In this document: positions 16,746 to 25,497 of the stretch, one piece after another
Position numbering within the stretch: position 1 is the stretch's first letter
Layout: each line of letters starts with the position of its first letter
Virus record (IMG/VR): IMGVR_UViG_3300006139_000005
Location: 26,050 to 90,049 of that record
DNA length: 64,000 bases
Source: a virus
Lineage: Duplodnaviria; Heunggongvirae; Uroviricota; Caudoviricetes
Strand: one strand, 5' to 3'
Made by a program: the position numbers and the translations under genes
Notes under the pieces: generated by a model
What the model was told of the DNA's origin: nothing
The model's database searches: none
What the model saw: the letters and a program-made list of their open reading frames with translations, nothing else

Positions 16746-17525
16746 ATGGCTGCTAATGTTGAAACTATGATGTACGTTCGTGAGAAGCCCTGGCACGGTC
16801 TGGGGACTATGGTGGAGGAGGCTCCCACCAGCGCCGATGCGCTGCGGCTGGCCGGTCTGGACTGGACGGTGGACAAGAAGAACATCCAGGTCTGCGGCGG
16901 GGCGAAGATCGCCAACTACAAGGCCAATGTGCGGAGCAGCGATGGCGCTGTTCTGGGTGTCGTGACCGACCGCTATAAGATTGTCCAGAATGTGGAAGCG
17001 TTCGCTTTTACGGACTCCCTGATTGACGGCGAGGTTCACTACGAGACGGCTGGAAGTCTCCAAGGTGGCAAGAAGATCTGGCTGTTGGCGAAGTTACCTG
17101 ATACGGAGATCGTCGGGGACAAGACAGAGCCTTACCTGTGTTTCTCCAACACCCACGACGGAAGCGGTGCTATTCGCGTCTGCATGACCCCGATTCGTGT
17201 GGTTTGCAACAACACCCTGAACATCGCCCTGAGCGGGGCCAGACGTGCGTGGTCTGTGCGACATACTGGCGACATCCAAACCAAGCTCCATGAGGCGCGG
17301 ATGTGCCTGGATATGGCAAACAAGTACATGGACAAGTTGGCCGTGTACGCTGACCAGCTGGCGAACAAGACCGTCAAGGATGAGGAGATCGCCAAGATTC
17401 TGGATGAGATGTTCCCCGTAACCGAGGAGAGCAGCGACCGCGAGAAGCGGAACGCGGAAAAGGCCTGGGTGGAGGAAGTTTCTGCTGACGGCTACGACTT
17501 TACAGTTTATAAAAGCGAAATTTAG
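16746..17525 (+). CDS. DUF932-like phage/plasmid-associated protein
   Basis: N-terminus MAANVETMMYVREKPWHGLG resembles the DUF932/TIGR03299 start; 259 aa. Confidence 0.5.
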   Translation: MAANVETMMYVREKPWHGLGTMVEEAPTSADALRLAGLDWTVDKKNIQVCGGAKIANYKANVRSSDGAVLGVVTDRYKIVQNVEAFAFTDSLIDGEVHYETAGSLQGGKKIWLLAKLPDTEIVGDKTEPYLCFSNTHDGSGAIRVCMTPIRVVCNNTLNIALSGARRAWSVRHTGDIQTKLHEARMCLDMANKYMDKLAVYADQLANKTVKDEEIAKILDEMFPVTEESSDREKRNAEKAWVEEVSADGYDFTVYKSEI

Positions 17526-17536
17526 GAGGTAGCAAG

Positions 17537-17746
17537 ATGACAAAGATATGTTGGCCTTGGAAAATGGTGGCGCGTTATGCTGACGGTGAAGAAATTGAAG
17601 TCGGCGGGAACAGCGAGGAGGATTGCATGGAACGGCTGGCCGCGTTCGAGGAAGCACATGGCGAGATGACCTGGTACAGCGGAGTCTGTGATGAGGACTA
17701 TGCAAACGGTGAGTATATCGGACGGGACAACTTCATTTACGATTAA
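17537..17746 (+). CDS. hypothetical protein
   Basis: AGGAGG RBS; 69 aa. Confidence 0.5.
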   Translation: MTKICWPWKMVARYADGEEIEVGGNSEEDCMERLAAFEEAHGEMTWYSGVCDEDYANGEYIGRDNFIYD

Positions 17747-17757
17747 CCGATACCGGA

Positions 17758-17790
17758 CGGCGGGGTAAAATCCCCCGCCGTTTTTTATTT
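17758..17790 (+). terminator. rho-independent terminator
   Basis: CGGCGGGG-taaaatc-CCCCGCCG followed by T6. Confidence 0.65.
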
Positions 17791-17796
17791 TGGTGG

Positions 17797-17824
17797 TTAG
17801 CAATATTTTGAATTAGCCTGTAAA
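17797..17824 (+). promoter_or_regulatory. TTAGCA-N16-TGTAAA promoter module
   Basis: motif match. Confidence 0.45.
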
Positions 17825-17843
17825 TATAGTGGGAGGTGGATGT

Positions 17844-18197
17844 ATGTTTAGAGTTATCGTCGCAGGAGGACGTGACTTCGGTGACTACCAACTACTTCGG
17901 AAAACGCTGGATAACCTTCTTTGCAATATCACTGAGGAGATTGTGGTGGTATGTGGACAAGCCAAGGGAGCTGACACATTGGGAGAGCAGTACGCCAAGG
18001 AAAGAGGATATGCAGTAAACTACTACCCTGCTAACTGGAAGCTGTACGGTAAACGAGCTGGATTCCTTCGCAATGAACAAATGGCTCAGAACGCGGATGC
18101 TTTGGTAGCGTTTTGGGATGGAGAAAGTCGAGGCACCAAGCATATGATCGACCTTGCTAAGCAATACAATCTAAAAATTCGGATAAAGCGATACTAA
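17844..18197 (+). CDS. SLOG/DUF2493-like Rossmann-fold protein (DprA/LOG-related)
   Basis: VIVAGGRDFGD...VVCGQAKGADTLGEQYA...FWDGESRGTKHMI pattern. Confidence 0.5.
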   Translation: MFRVIVAGGRDFGDYQLLRKTLDNLLCNITEEIVVVCGQAKGADTLGEQYAKERGYAVNYYPANWKLYGKRAGFLRNEQMAQNADALVAFWDGESRGTKHMIDLAKQYNLKIRIKRY

Positions 18198-18212
18198 GAG
18201 GAGGAGTAAGTA

Positions 18213-18374
18213 TTGAATATCGCTGAGAATATCAAATGCAAGGAATTTACATTTAAGTGCCGCCCGACTGGAAGTCGGCTGCGCGGAATGGAAAATACTT
18301 GGGAGTATGAAATCTGGTTTCGTGGCAAGATTGTTGGAACGGCGAGAACTAAAAAGAAGCCCAGCAATGGGTGA
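18213..18374 (+). CDS. small hypothetical protein (TTG start)
   Basis: GAGGAGG 8 nt upstream; 53 aa; not in ORF track. Confidence 0.25.
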   Translation: MNIAENIKCKEFTFKCRPTGSRLRGMENTWEYEIWFRGKIVGTARTKKKPSNG

Positions 18375-18439
18375 GCAAGAAAGTCAAAGCGGTCAACGCC
18401 GTTCTGGAGGCGGCTCGAAAAAAGTATGGAGAGGAGAAG

Positions 18440-18469
18440 GAGAGAGGTTAGCAGCCTCTCTCCTTTTTC
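18440..18469 (+). terminator. terminator hairpin with TTAGCA in the loop
   Basis: GGAGAGAGG-ttagcag-CCTCTCTCC followed by T5. Confidence 0.55.
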
Positions 18470-18475
18470 TGTATA
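18448..18475 (+). promoter_or_regulatory. TTAGCA-N16-TGTATA promoter module
   Basis: motif match. Confidence 0.4.
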
Positions 18476-18494
18476 TATAGTGGAGGTGTTGATA

Positions 18495-18692
18495 ATGACA
18501 GTAGACAATATCAAGTACGGCATTAGCATATTGCCAGAAAACTGCATGGCCTATTCTGACGGCTACCGTTTTGGAGCTTATAAGAATGATCTTGCAACTG
18601 GGGAAACTCATGTAGTGGAGTTTTTCAAGACCCGTAGCGAGATACAGGCTTTCGTAAATGCCAATCCACAATACGGGAAGGAGCGGGGCTGA
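18495..18692 (+). CDS. hypothetical protein
   Basis: GGAGGTG RBS; 65 aa. Confidence 0.5.
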   Translation: MTVDNIKYGISILPENCMAYSDGYRFGAYKNDLATGETHVVEFFKTRSEIQAFVNANPQYGKERG

Positions 18693-18694
18693 TA

Positions 18695-18985
18695 ATGTTA
18701 CGGCCTGGACGATACAAGGCCGAACATGATGGGGATATCTTCCACGCATACCGCTACATCATGGAGGTCAAGGAAACAGAGAAAAGCTACATTTTCAAGA
18801 TGGTGGAGACGTCCAATCGGTACGCCAGCGATCAAATTGAGACAATGTTTAACGGAAGGTCAAAGGTGGTTCTTCGTAAGGACAAACCGTGTCGCCACGC
18901 TATGCGAGTATGGAGCGATCATGATTTTACAATCTATCCATATCAGGCCGGTGTGCCATTTTATTTTCAGTTGGAGGAGGGTTAG
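18695..18985 (+). CDS. hypothetical protein
   Basis: AAGGAG RBS; start overlaps previous stop (TGATAATG); 96 aa. Confidence 0.5.
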   Translation: MLRPGRYKAEHDGDIFHAYRYIMEVKETEKSYIFKMVETSNRYASDQIETMFNGRSKVVLRKDKPCRHAMRVWSDHDFTIYPYQAGVPFYFQLEEG

Positions 18986-19005
18986 TGCCCTCCTCTTTTT
19001 TTTTG
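18973..19005 (+). terminator. rho-independent terminator
   Basis: GGAGGAGGG-ttagtg-CCCTCCTC followed by T9. Confidence 0.6.
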
Positions 19006-19022
19006 TAAATGTAGTGAGAAGG

Positions 19023-19050
19023 TTAGCAAATCGGTGTTTTATCTTGAAAT
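19023..19050 (+). promoter_or_regulatory. TTAGCA-N16-TGAAAT promoter module (weaker -10)
   Basis: motif match. Confidence 0.35.
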
Positions 19051-19073
19051 AGCAATAGGGCACCAACAACAAA

Positions 19074-19409
19074 ATGACTTTTGGAGGGAAGGAAATGATT
19101 ACTGAAAGAAGTCTGGCTCGCTTATACAATCTGGTTGCTAAATATGCCTATCAAGATTTTTTGGCAGCCAACAAGAAGCGTATCAAGCGTGGTAGCAAAA
19201 CACACGCCCCGTACTCTTTGTCGGATGCCACCAATGAGGCTCGTGAAATGTACCAGCTTGCGTTGAAAGGAGATAGGATCACGCCGGATGAGGAGAACCG
19301 TGTTAAGGCATATTTGCTAAAGAAAAATATGCTGGGCGAGCTGGATGATATTATTGCTGCGGAAAACGAGGGGAGAAAATACAGTCCCTCAGAAAAGGTA
19401 GAAATTTGA
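19074..19409 (+). CDS. hypothetical protein
   Basis: GGAGGGAAGG RBS region; 111 aa. Confidence 0.55.
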   Translation: MTFGGKEMITERSLARLYNLVAKYAYQDFLAANKKRIKRGSKTHAPYSLSDATNEAREMYQLALKGDRITPDEENRVKAYLLKKNMLGELDDIIAAENEGRKYSPSEKVEI

Positions 19410-19428
19410 TTTTTGATACAAAAAGATT

Positions 19429-19460
19429 GGGGAGTGGTTAGCAGACCGCTCCCCTTTTTC
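19429..19460 (+). terminator. terminator hairpin with TTAGCA in the loop
   Basis: GGGGAGTGG-ttagcaga-CCGCTCCCC followed by T5. Confidence 0.55.
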
Positions 19461-19466
19461 TGTAAT
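19438..19466 (+). promoter_or_regulatory. TTAGCA-N17-TGTAAT promoter module driving a 7-gene operon
   Basis: motif match; no further modules until 22841. Confidence 0.45.
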
Positions 19467-19490
19467 TGTAGTGAGAGGAGGTTCGCAACC

Positions 19491-19601
19491 ATGGAAATTT
19501 TCTTTGCACTGATTCTGGTGATTGGGAAGCTGGTCATAGAACAGGTCGCTGTGAAGCGGGCCAACAAATATGCCGACCTTGTGGTGCGGCGCTACGAATA
19601 A
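19491..19601 (+). CDS. small hydrophobic peptide
   Basis: GAGGAGG RBS; 36 aa MEIFFALILVIGKLVIE... Confidence 0.3.
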   Translation: MEIFFALILVIGKLVIEQVAVKRANKYADLVVRRYE

Positions 19602-19619
19602 AAGGAAGGATGGAACGAC

Positions 19620-20597
19620 ATGGGCATTATGGATAAGTTCTCCGCTGTGGAGATCAAGGCGGACAATAGAATTTCTGAGGCGGACAAGGCTTTCTGCCAG
19701 CGTCAACAGGACGCTTTCGATAAGTCCGGGCCGGCGCTCCAAAAAATCGCGGACATGATGGTATCCGCCCAGAACGAGCAGAGCAAAATCCTGGCTGTGG
19801 ATAGGGACAAATTCTGTAGTTCCTACATGACCGCTGATGGATTCAGCTGTGACGAGGCTTATGTTTACAAGGCGATGACGCGGCGGAACAAGACCTTCAT
19901 CTCCACTATTGTGAATTACTTCTCCAAAAATTACAAAGTGGAGCTGGATGCTCATGCGATTATGGAACATTTGGTTCCAGCGGAGCCTCAGCAGCCTAAA
20001 CTTCCTGGCGGTGGATACCGTAACATGAGCGACGACGAAATTGACGCTTATAAGGAAGCACTGGATGCTCACAAGGCCAAAAGCTATGAGCATGAAAAAC
20101 TCCTGCGCTCTTTGCCACTCCGTTATGAGCAGATCGTGGACGAGATTTTTGTCCAGTTGGGTGGATTCTCTTTTCAAGAGCAGGCTATGAACGAATTTCT
20201 GGAACGCACTTGGAAAAGCTGCCACAAAGCATGGAAGGATGATGAAGAAGCGTTCGAGATCAAAAATGACGTTCTTCGTCTGCCCAACGGTTGCTACTGT
20301 GATGAGAACAAGTGGATGACTTACCCTGAGCCGCGTTATGAGCTGAGCGATAATTCCAAAATTTTGCTGGACGCTTTGGCCTACTACGAGTGTGGGCGTA
20401 TGGATGAGGGGCACCTATGGTTTCCTAATCTCTGTGGATTCAGTAAAACGACGGAGAATTTCTTTGAAATCCGTAACATGAGCAAAGTCAAAAGTATCAG
20501 GCTCTTTAAGAATGGCCGTGTGGATATCAAATTCCGCAGTGCGGCCTATCTGCAAGAGTTCGCGGAGCAATATATGAGGAGGCGGAGAGTTTCATGA
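19620..20597 (+). CDS. hypothetical protein
   Basis: AAGGAAGGA RBS; 325 aa. Confidence 0.55.
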   Translation: MGIMDKFSAVEIKADNRISEADKAFCQRQQDAFDKSGPALQKIADMMVSAQNEQSKILAVDRDKFCSSYMTADGFSCDEAYVYKAMTRRNKTFISTIVNYFSKNYKVELDAHAIMEHLVPAEPQQPKLPGGGYRNMSDDEIDAYKEALDAHKAKSYEHEKLLRSLPLRYEQIVDEIFVQLGGFSFQEQAMNEFLERTWKSCHKAWKDDEEAFEIKNDVLRLPNGCYCDENKWMTYPEPRYELSDNSKILLDALAYYECGRMDEGHLWFPNLCGFSKTTENFFEIRNMSKVKSIRLFKNGRVDIKFRSAAYLQEFAEQYMRRRRVS

Positions 20598-21193
20598 AAA
20601 TGACCAAAAAGCAAATTTCCGCATTGCAGCGGATGATCGACCGAGAGGCTTCCCGTATTGAGTGGAAGAAGCAGAACAGGAAAGAGGGCGACCCGGCGGT
20701 TGAGGAAACCGCCGGTGCCCATCCCAGCCATGAGAAGTACATTGTAACAGATGGGTATGTGGCTGTTATCTTTCCTGAGAAGCCTGCGGAGCTGCCCGAG
20801 GCCGAACGCATGGATAGTCTGTATGATGTGATGCGGAGCGACATCCAAAATCAGGATTGTTTCAACGATCATTTTCTGGCTTTGGCCGTCACCGCCGCCC
20901 ACATCAGCGAGTGGAAACAGCAGGCCAAACCGTGGAAAGCTGGAAAGACTCACAAAACTGGTGCTGTTCCCGTGAAACTCACCGCTCAGAAGCCGGACGG
21001 TGGAACGGTTGAGGGATTCTATGATCCACGCTATCTGGTGGATGTTGTGGAGGCTATCGGCCCCGGTGCAATGCTCTATATTGGGAGGTATAGCCGACAC
21101 AGCCCCTTCTGTTCCTTGTTGGTGTATCCCAAGAACTGGATGGAGGAACACGATTCCAAGGTTGGCTATGTCCTGCCGCTCAGAATTATGTGA
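20594..21193 (+). CDS. hypothetical protein
   Basis: ATGA start/stop overlap; 199 aa. Confidence 0.55.
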   Translation: MKMTKKQISALQRMIDREASRIEWKKQNRKEGDPAVEETAGAHPSHEKYIVTDGYVAVIFPEKPAELPEAERMDSLYDVMRSDIQNQDCFNDHFLALAVTAAHISEWKQQAKPWKAGKTHKTGAVPVKLTAQKPDGGTVEGFYDPRYLVDVVEAIGPGAMLYIGRYSRHSPFCSLLVYPKNWMEEHDSKVGYVLPLRIM

Positions 21194-21207
21194 TGGAGGT
21201 GTCTACA

Positions 21208-21930
21208 ATGACCAGACGACAGATTTACTTTTTCGACCCCGACAAAAATACCTACTATCTGTCCGGGGAACTAAACGGAGACAAAGAGGAGTTTGAGCGT
21301 TTTGGCTCCTCTGATACCTGTGAAAAGACGTGGACGGAAATTGCGGCGGAACTGAGCTGTGTCCAGACTTTGCCCGAGTTTATGGAGACTGTGGCCCGAG
21401 TTATGCGCTACTACCATTCCTCTATTGCTTCGGAAATCCCCGGTACCCGTCTGATCGTCAAACATTCCCGCAACGATTTGGAGCGGAAGGATGAAACGTG
21501 GGGAATTGTTGCCGGGTGCCCACGTATTTTCAAGGATAATTCGTTCTCTGAATACAGCGGAGGGCAGATGTTCTACAATGGCAGGCCGCTATATGGAGAG
21601 AGTGACTTTTCCTACTCCTCTGTAAAAGTTGGTGACTATGTGACCCAGGACGTGGTGGACGACGCCATGGACTGTTTGCCGCCTGCCTGTATGAGGTCGG
21701 ATTGTTCGCAGATGGGCGAACCATACTCCAGCAAATACGATGAGCAGAGCGGCAAATGGCGGAATACCTACGCCACGTTCAGCCAGATTCCCAGCCAGCG
21801 ATATAACTACACGCCACGGGAAAACAGGATTTGGAAATACTGTGGTCACTGTTTCTGTGGCGAAACTGAGGAGCGCGGTATGGATATGCCCATCGTGGCG
21901 GCGTCAAATGGAGGGAATGGCAATGGCTGA
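21208..21930 (+). CDS. hypothetical Cys-containing protein
   Basis: GGAGGTG RBS; 240 aa. Confidence 0.55.
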   Translation: MTRRQIYFFDPDKNTYYLSGELNGDKEEFERFGSSDTCEKTWTEIAAELSCVQTLPEFMETVARVMRYYHSSIASEIPGTRLIVKHSRNDLERKDETWGIVAGCPRIFKDNSFSEYSGGQMFYNGRPLYGESDFSYSSVKVGDYVTQDVVDDAMDCLPPACMRSDCSQMGEPYSSKYDEQSGKWRNTYATFSQIPSQRYNYTPRENRIWKYCGHCFCGETEERGMDMPIVAASNGGNGNG

Positions 21931-22180
21931 GAAAATTCAGATTGCCCTTGTCTACATTCGGAACGGGAAAGAGACAATCTTTCCCGTTCGGGATGTTGAC
22001 CAGGCCGTGCAGCTTGCAGATGCCATAGCTGACAGTGATCTCCTTAACGATTCTGTGGATTACAATATGTTCGATGTGTGCTGGTATCATGATGGGGAGA
22101 TCGGAGATTCCTGGGAAAATGGAGACGGGCAGGATTTTGAGGAGTATTGGAACCTTTGTCGAGCGGAGGCAACACCATGA
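21923..22180 (+). CDS. hypothetical protein
   Basis: GGAGGGAATGG RBS region; 85 aa. Confidence 0.45.
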   Translation: MAEKIQIALVYIRNGKETIFPVRDVDQAVQLADAIADSDLLNDSVDYNMFDVCWYHDGEIGDSWENGDGQDFEEYWNLCRAEATP

Positions 22181-22428
22181 GAATGTATCAAGTGTATGTC
22201 TGTGAACACTGTGGAAAAGAGTCCACAAACTGCGCGGATATTGAGGTTTGTGAGGCGTCTCATATGGGATTGTCGGTCGAAGAAAAACACTCTTGGGACG
22301 CTTTGAAGTCTGCTGCGGCTTATTTTGGAAGCGTTGTAGCAACAACAAATAATGAAAAGACGCGAGCTGCATATGACGAAGCGATTGAGAAACTTGTTTC
22401 GTTTGAGCAGGCTCATGGGATATCGTAA
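22177..22428 (+). CDS. small zinc-ribbon protein
   Basis: ATGA overlap; CEHCG...CADIEVCE; 83 aa. Confidence 0.45.
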   Translation: MRMYQVYVCEHCGKESTNCADIEVCEASHMGLSVEEKHSWDALKSAAAYFGSVVATTNNEKTRAAYDEAIEKLVSFEQAHGIS

Positions 22429-22445
22429 ATCGGCATTTGGAGCAG

Positions 22446-22844
22446 ATGGAGGACGGTATGGAGCAAAGAACTTGCAATATTATCATGTGCTGTAAAGGTC
22501 ATTGTCAGTTGGAGGGAGCGGGCGAAACACCTATGGAGGCTATCGCTGCATACATGAGCCATGAGTGTGATTGCCCCAAAGAGGATTATAAAGGTGCGCT
22601 GATGGAGTCTATTTTGCGGGAGGCGCTATTTGACTATATTGCTACTGCGGATAAGCCTGGTTTTGATCTGCGTCAGCTTTTTTATCAATACGCCCTTCGG
22701 GAACCTACTTTGTCGGAGCGTATTTGTACCATGTTCCAGCTGGTGAAGGTGCGAGATGATTCTTTTGGATGCACCAATGGATTTTCTGAGAAACAGCTTA
22801 CTCAAAGTGAAAAAGATTTGGGTGGGAAGGTAACGATCGGTTAG
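22446..22844 (+). CDS. hypothetical Cys/His-rich protein
   Basis: alternative start 22458; TAG stop lies inside the GGTTAGCAA motif. Confidence 0.5.
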   Translation: MEDGMEQRTCNIIMCCKGHCQLEGAGETPMEAIAAYMSHECDCPKEDYKGALMESILREALFDYIATADKPGFDLRQLFYQYALREPTLSERICTMFQLVKVRDDSFGCTNGFSEKQLTQSEKDLGGKVTIG

Positions 22845-22868
22845 CAACATTCGTCTCCCGTCTGTAAT
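22841..22868 (+). promoter_or_regulatory. TTAGCA-N16-TGTAAT promoter module
   Basis: motif match. Confidence 0.5.
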
Positions 22869-22899
22869 TAAAATAGAAACGATTTTGGAGGTGTTAAAT

Positions 22900-23757
22900 T
22901 TGAAGCGTTTCAGGATTACGACGGGAGACGGTCATACCTTGCGGCTCTGTTATCCTTCACTTGAAACAGCCAAAGAGCGGTATCCGGATGCTGAAATCGT
23001 CGAGGATAATGACCAATCCCATGTGGCCTATATTCAGCGGATGATCGAAGCGGCGGCAGAGTGCCAGACTGTGGAGCGAAACGGATCTATCGTCTATCTG
23101 TTACGGTTTGAGACTTCAGTTGGAACTTGCTTTGCTATGCTCTCTAAAGATAGCAATGATGGTGTGTGGTATGACCTATGTAAGTACCAGCTATGGAAAA
23201 CAGGTGCGGTTGTCGTACCTTTTGGGTGGAATCTCTCAAATCCCGTTGATTTTTGTAAACGGTTTTTATTCCAAAAGGCGGAGTACATTGTGCTTTCCAG
23301 TGGACGGAATCATAAGAAGCCAAAAGAACTGTGTGGCATCAGGAAATTCGCGTCTGTTTCTTTTGGGAAATGTAAATGCCAACTCTTTCTAAAAGGTGAT
23401 GATCTCTATATCAATCATCATGATTATTTTAGTCGATCATGGAGGCCCCCGGATGATGATATTGGGAAGCCGACAACATATTACTTGAAAAAGTATTTCG
23501 GGATCATTAAGCCAGAGAAGTTTTGCTATGCGGATTGCTGGGGCGACATAGTGCTACAAAACAAAGCGTGGTTACAGATCAACAACTTTATCCCTATGGT
23601 AAAAATTCTGAACGCTTCGCAAATTGCCCAAGTAGTTTGGGTTTTGATTCGAGAGTATTATAAGTGGCCGTCTTATGAACGCAATATGGATTGGGAGCGC
23701 TTTCTGGAGGACATAGCAAATGTAACCAAAAGCTATCTTGATCGGGAGGTAACATAA
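22900..23757 (+). CDS. hypothetical protein (TTG start)
   Basis: GGAGGTG 8 nt before TTG 22900; 285 aa. Confidence 0.5.
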   Translation: MKRFRITTGDGHTLRLCYPSLETAKERYPDAEIVEDNDQSHVAYIQRMIEAAAECQTVERNGSIVYLLRFETSVGTCFAMLSKDSNDGVWYDLCKYQLWKTGAVVVPFGWNLSNPVDFCKRFLFQKAEYIVLSSGRNHKKPKELCGIRKFASVSFGKCKCQLFLKGDDLYINHHDYFSRSWRPPDDDIGKPTTYYLKKYFGIIKPEKFCYADCWGDIVLQNKAWLQINNFIPMVKILNASQIAQVVWVLIREYYKWPSYERNMDWERFLEDIANVTKSYLDREVT

Positions 23758-23760
23758 CAG

Positions 23761-24843
23761 ATGGGCAAAAGAGTTGAGTATAGAGACACCTTTGATTTTC
23801 GCTTATTCCCAGAGTATACCTATACAAGAGCGCAGAATAGGCGATTGCGCTTATTCCAGGGGAGGGTTGAACACTGGCGAGCAGCAATCAATTATGCGGA
23901 CTCCTTTAACTATCCAAATGAAATAAACCTGCTGTATATGATTGGATATAAACCCCAGATGAAAGCGTATGTAGAAAAAACTGTGAGCAATGTTGTGGTA
24001 CTGTGTGCAGATGTTCCTCCAGAATTTTTAGCCGCATATGACGCATATTGGGGGTTTGTCAAACAATACCGGGGAACAGGATATGTGAACCAAGATGGCG
24101 TATTCTCCCCCGCATTTTTTGCAGAACGTGAAAAAGAGGAAGCATATCGTGGCACTGGTATACTACCGGATGAACTGTATCGGCGCAACGATGAGCAGGC
24201 AGCTATCATTAGTGCTTACCAGCGTATCACAGAAGAATCAGAAAAATATTTTTCGCATTATCTCATTATAAGTAAATCAATCCCTGAATGTAGTATTTCT
24301 CATGACGAGCTGGATTGGCTTATTCAGGAATACTTTCCTTTTGGCCGAGAACAGTGTGGCATTGGTGAAAAAGCGTATAGGTCTTTGCGCAAAATCGAAG
24401 AGGCTTTAAGGGCTGGATTGAATCGGGCTGATACTGCAAAACTGTTAGACCTTCCTAACGGAGTAGATAGTTATACCGCTTGTCAAAATGGAATCAAGCA
24501 GTGTCAAATGAATCTGAGCGTAGCTATGCAAAATGACGGATTGGTGGATCTGGTTCAGCTAATGGAGGATATGAAAAAACCGCCATATGGATGGGACGAT
24601 GATCCTCATGCGGCTTATTGCCTTGGGTATGCCATATGTGATTATTTGGATAATACATGGATTTGGGACGAGATTTATTGTTTTCAATCTCATAGCGAAA
24701 CGCTCGTTAGTGTTCTACGTAATGTTCTCAGAGGAAGTCTGGGACGGAGACATTCTTTTGTGTTGGTGTCAGAGGTCGGTCAGTATCTCTCCAGTCGGTT
24801 TGCGTATATGTTTGGAATTAAGGGAAGTGAGTATTGTCTTTGA
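23761..24843 (+). CDS. hypothetical protein
   Basis: 360 aa continuous ORF. Confidence 0.55.
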   Translation: MGKRVEYRDTFDFRLFPEYTYTRAQNRRLRLFQGRVEHWRAAINYADSFNYPNEINLLYMIGYKPQMKAYVEKTVSNVVVLCADVPPEFLAAYDAYWGFVKQYRGTGYVNQDGVFSPAFFAEREKEEAYRGTGILPDELYRRNDEQAAIISAYQRITEESEKYFSHYLIISKSIPECSISHDELDWLIQEYFPFGREQCGIGEKAYRSLRKIEEALRAGLNRADTAKLLDLPNGVDSYTACQNGIKQCQMNLSVAMQNDGLVDLVQLMEDMKKPPYGWDDDPHAAYCLGYAICDYLDNTWIWDEIYCFQSHSETLVSVLRNVLRGSLGRRHSFVLVSEVGQYLSSRFAYMFGIKGSEYCL

Positions 24844-24864
24844 GACGCTACAGATGTAAGGATA

Positions 24865-25359
24865 TTGGAACTCTATAAGGATGGGGCGTCTGAACGCAAG
24901 ATCGCCGCTGAACTTGGTACAATATCCAATGTTGCAATACACAAACGTATTGTAAAAATGCAGACTTTTTCAAAAGAAGATATGCCGTTTTGCAACATGG
25001 CTCTTCAGATTTGTTCAAAAATTGAGAAAACTACACGATGGCCTGTAGCTGTAATTGATGAACATTTGCACGAAGTCTTATGTGGCACCTTTGACTCCGA
25101 AAAACATATCTGTATCCCAGTGTTTGGTAGGACTAACGTTTGTGCTGAGCTTTCTTATTTTACAGCAGAAAAATGTAAAGCATTGAAGAAAGTATTGGAG
25201 ACAATTAACACTTACGTTCCCGCTTTGATACAACAAAAGTATGGCACTGATATAGATATGGCGGAGTTGGAACAGGCTTGTACCACATCAGCTTCTGGAT
25301 GGTTATGGAGCAGTGAAACTTTTTGGGAATGTGTTGAGCACTATATAAAAAAAAGATAG
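24865..25359 (+). CDS. HTH protein with N-terminal sigma-70 region-4-like motif
   Basis: ASERKIAAELGTISNVAIHKRIVKM parallels the C-terminal HTH of ORF 3836-4630; TTG start with poor RBS; same frame as the upstream gene across a single TGA. Confidence 0.45.
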   Translation: MELYKDGASERKIAAELGTISNVAIHKRIVKMQTFSKEDMPFCNMALQICSKIEKTTRWPVAVIDEHLHEVLCGTFDSEKHICIPVFGRTNVCAELSYFTAEKCKALKKVLETINTYVPALIQQKYGTDIDMAELEQACTTSASGWLWSSETFWECVEHYIKKR

Positions 25360-25392
25360 CTGGTATTGGAAGTCTGAAAAACGTAAAGATGG

Positions 25393-25420
25393 TTAGCAAA
25401 TCCGCCTCCCCTTCTGTAAT
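25393..25420 (+). promoter_or_regulatory. TTAGCA-N16-TGTAAT promoter module (last copy)
   Basis: motif match; 70-nt leader before the large gene. Confidence 0.5.
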
Positions 25421-25497
25421 AAGAAGTGGGAGGCATTTTTGCGTTCGGAAAATCTCCGGTGCATAGAGCCGAAAATACATAGCGAGGGTGAGAACGA

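Noticed and set aside
15374-20414. Long antisense ORFs (15374-16153, 19389-20414), and similar ones at 26815-27612, 37027-38007, 39426-40226 and 10285-10827
   Set aside because: They are antisense to cassettes with a conserved promoter/RBS/terminator architecture or to motif-bearing enzymes. They lack RBSs and have hydrophobic or low-complexity translations typical of shadow frames.
24841-24867. Stop-codon readthrough fusing 23761-24843 to the HTH ORF 24865-25359 (same frame, single TGA between)
   Set aside because: No recoding signal is evident. The simpler explanation is a separate gene with a weak TTG start.
4651-25420. The regularly recurring 40-45-bp module could be read as a CRISPR-like array or as MITE/IS terminal repeats
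   Set aside because: Repeats are imperfect and the intervals are 300-3000 bp containing RBS-led ORFs. There are no TIR/TSD structures or cas genes. The position and spacing fit -35/-10 plus SD, so this is a promoter module rather than a CRISPR array or transposon ends.
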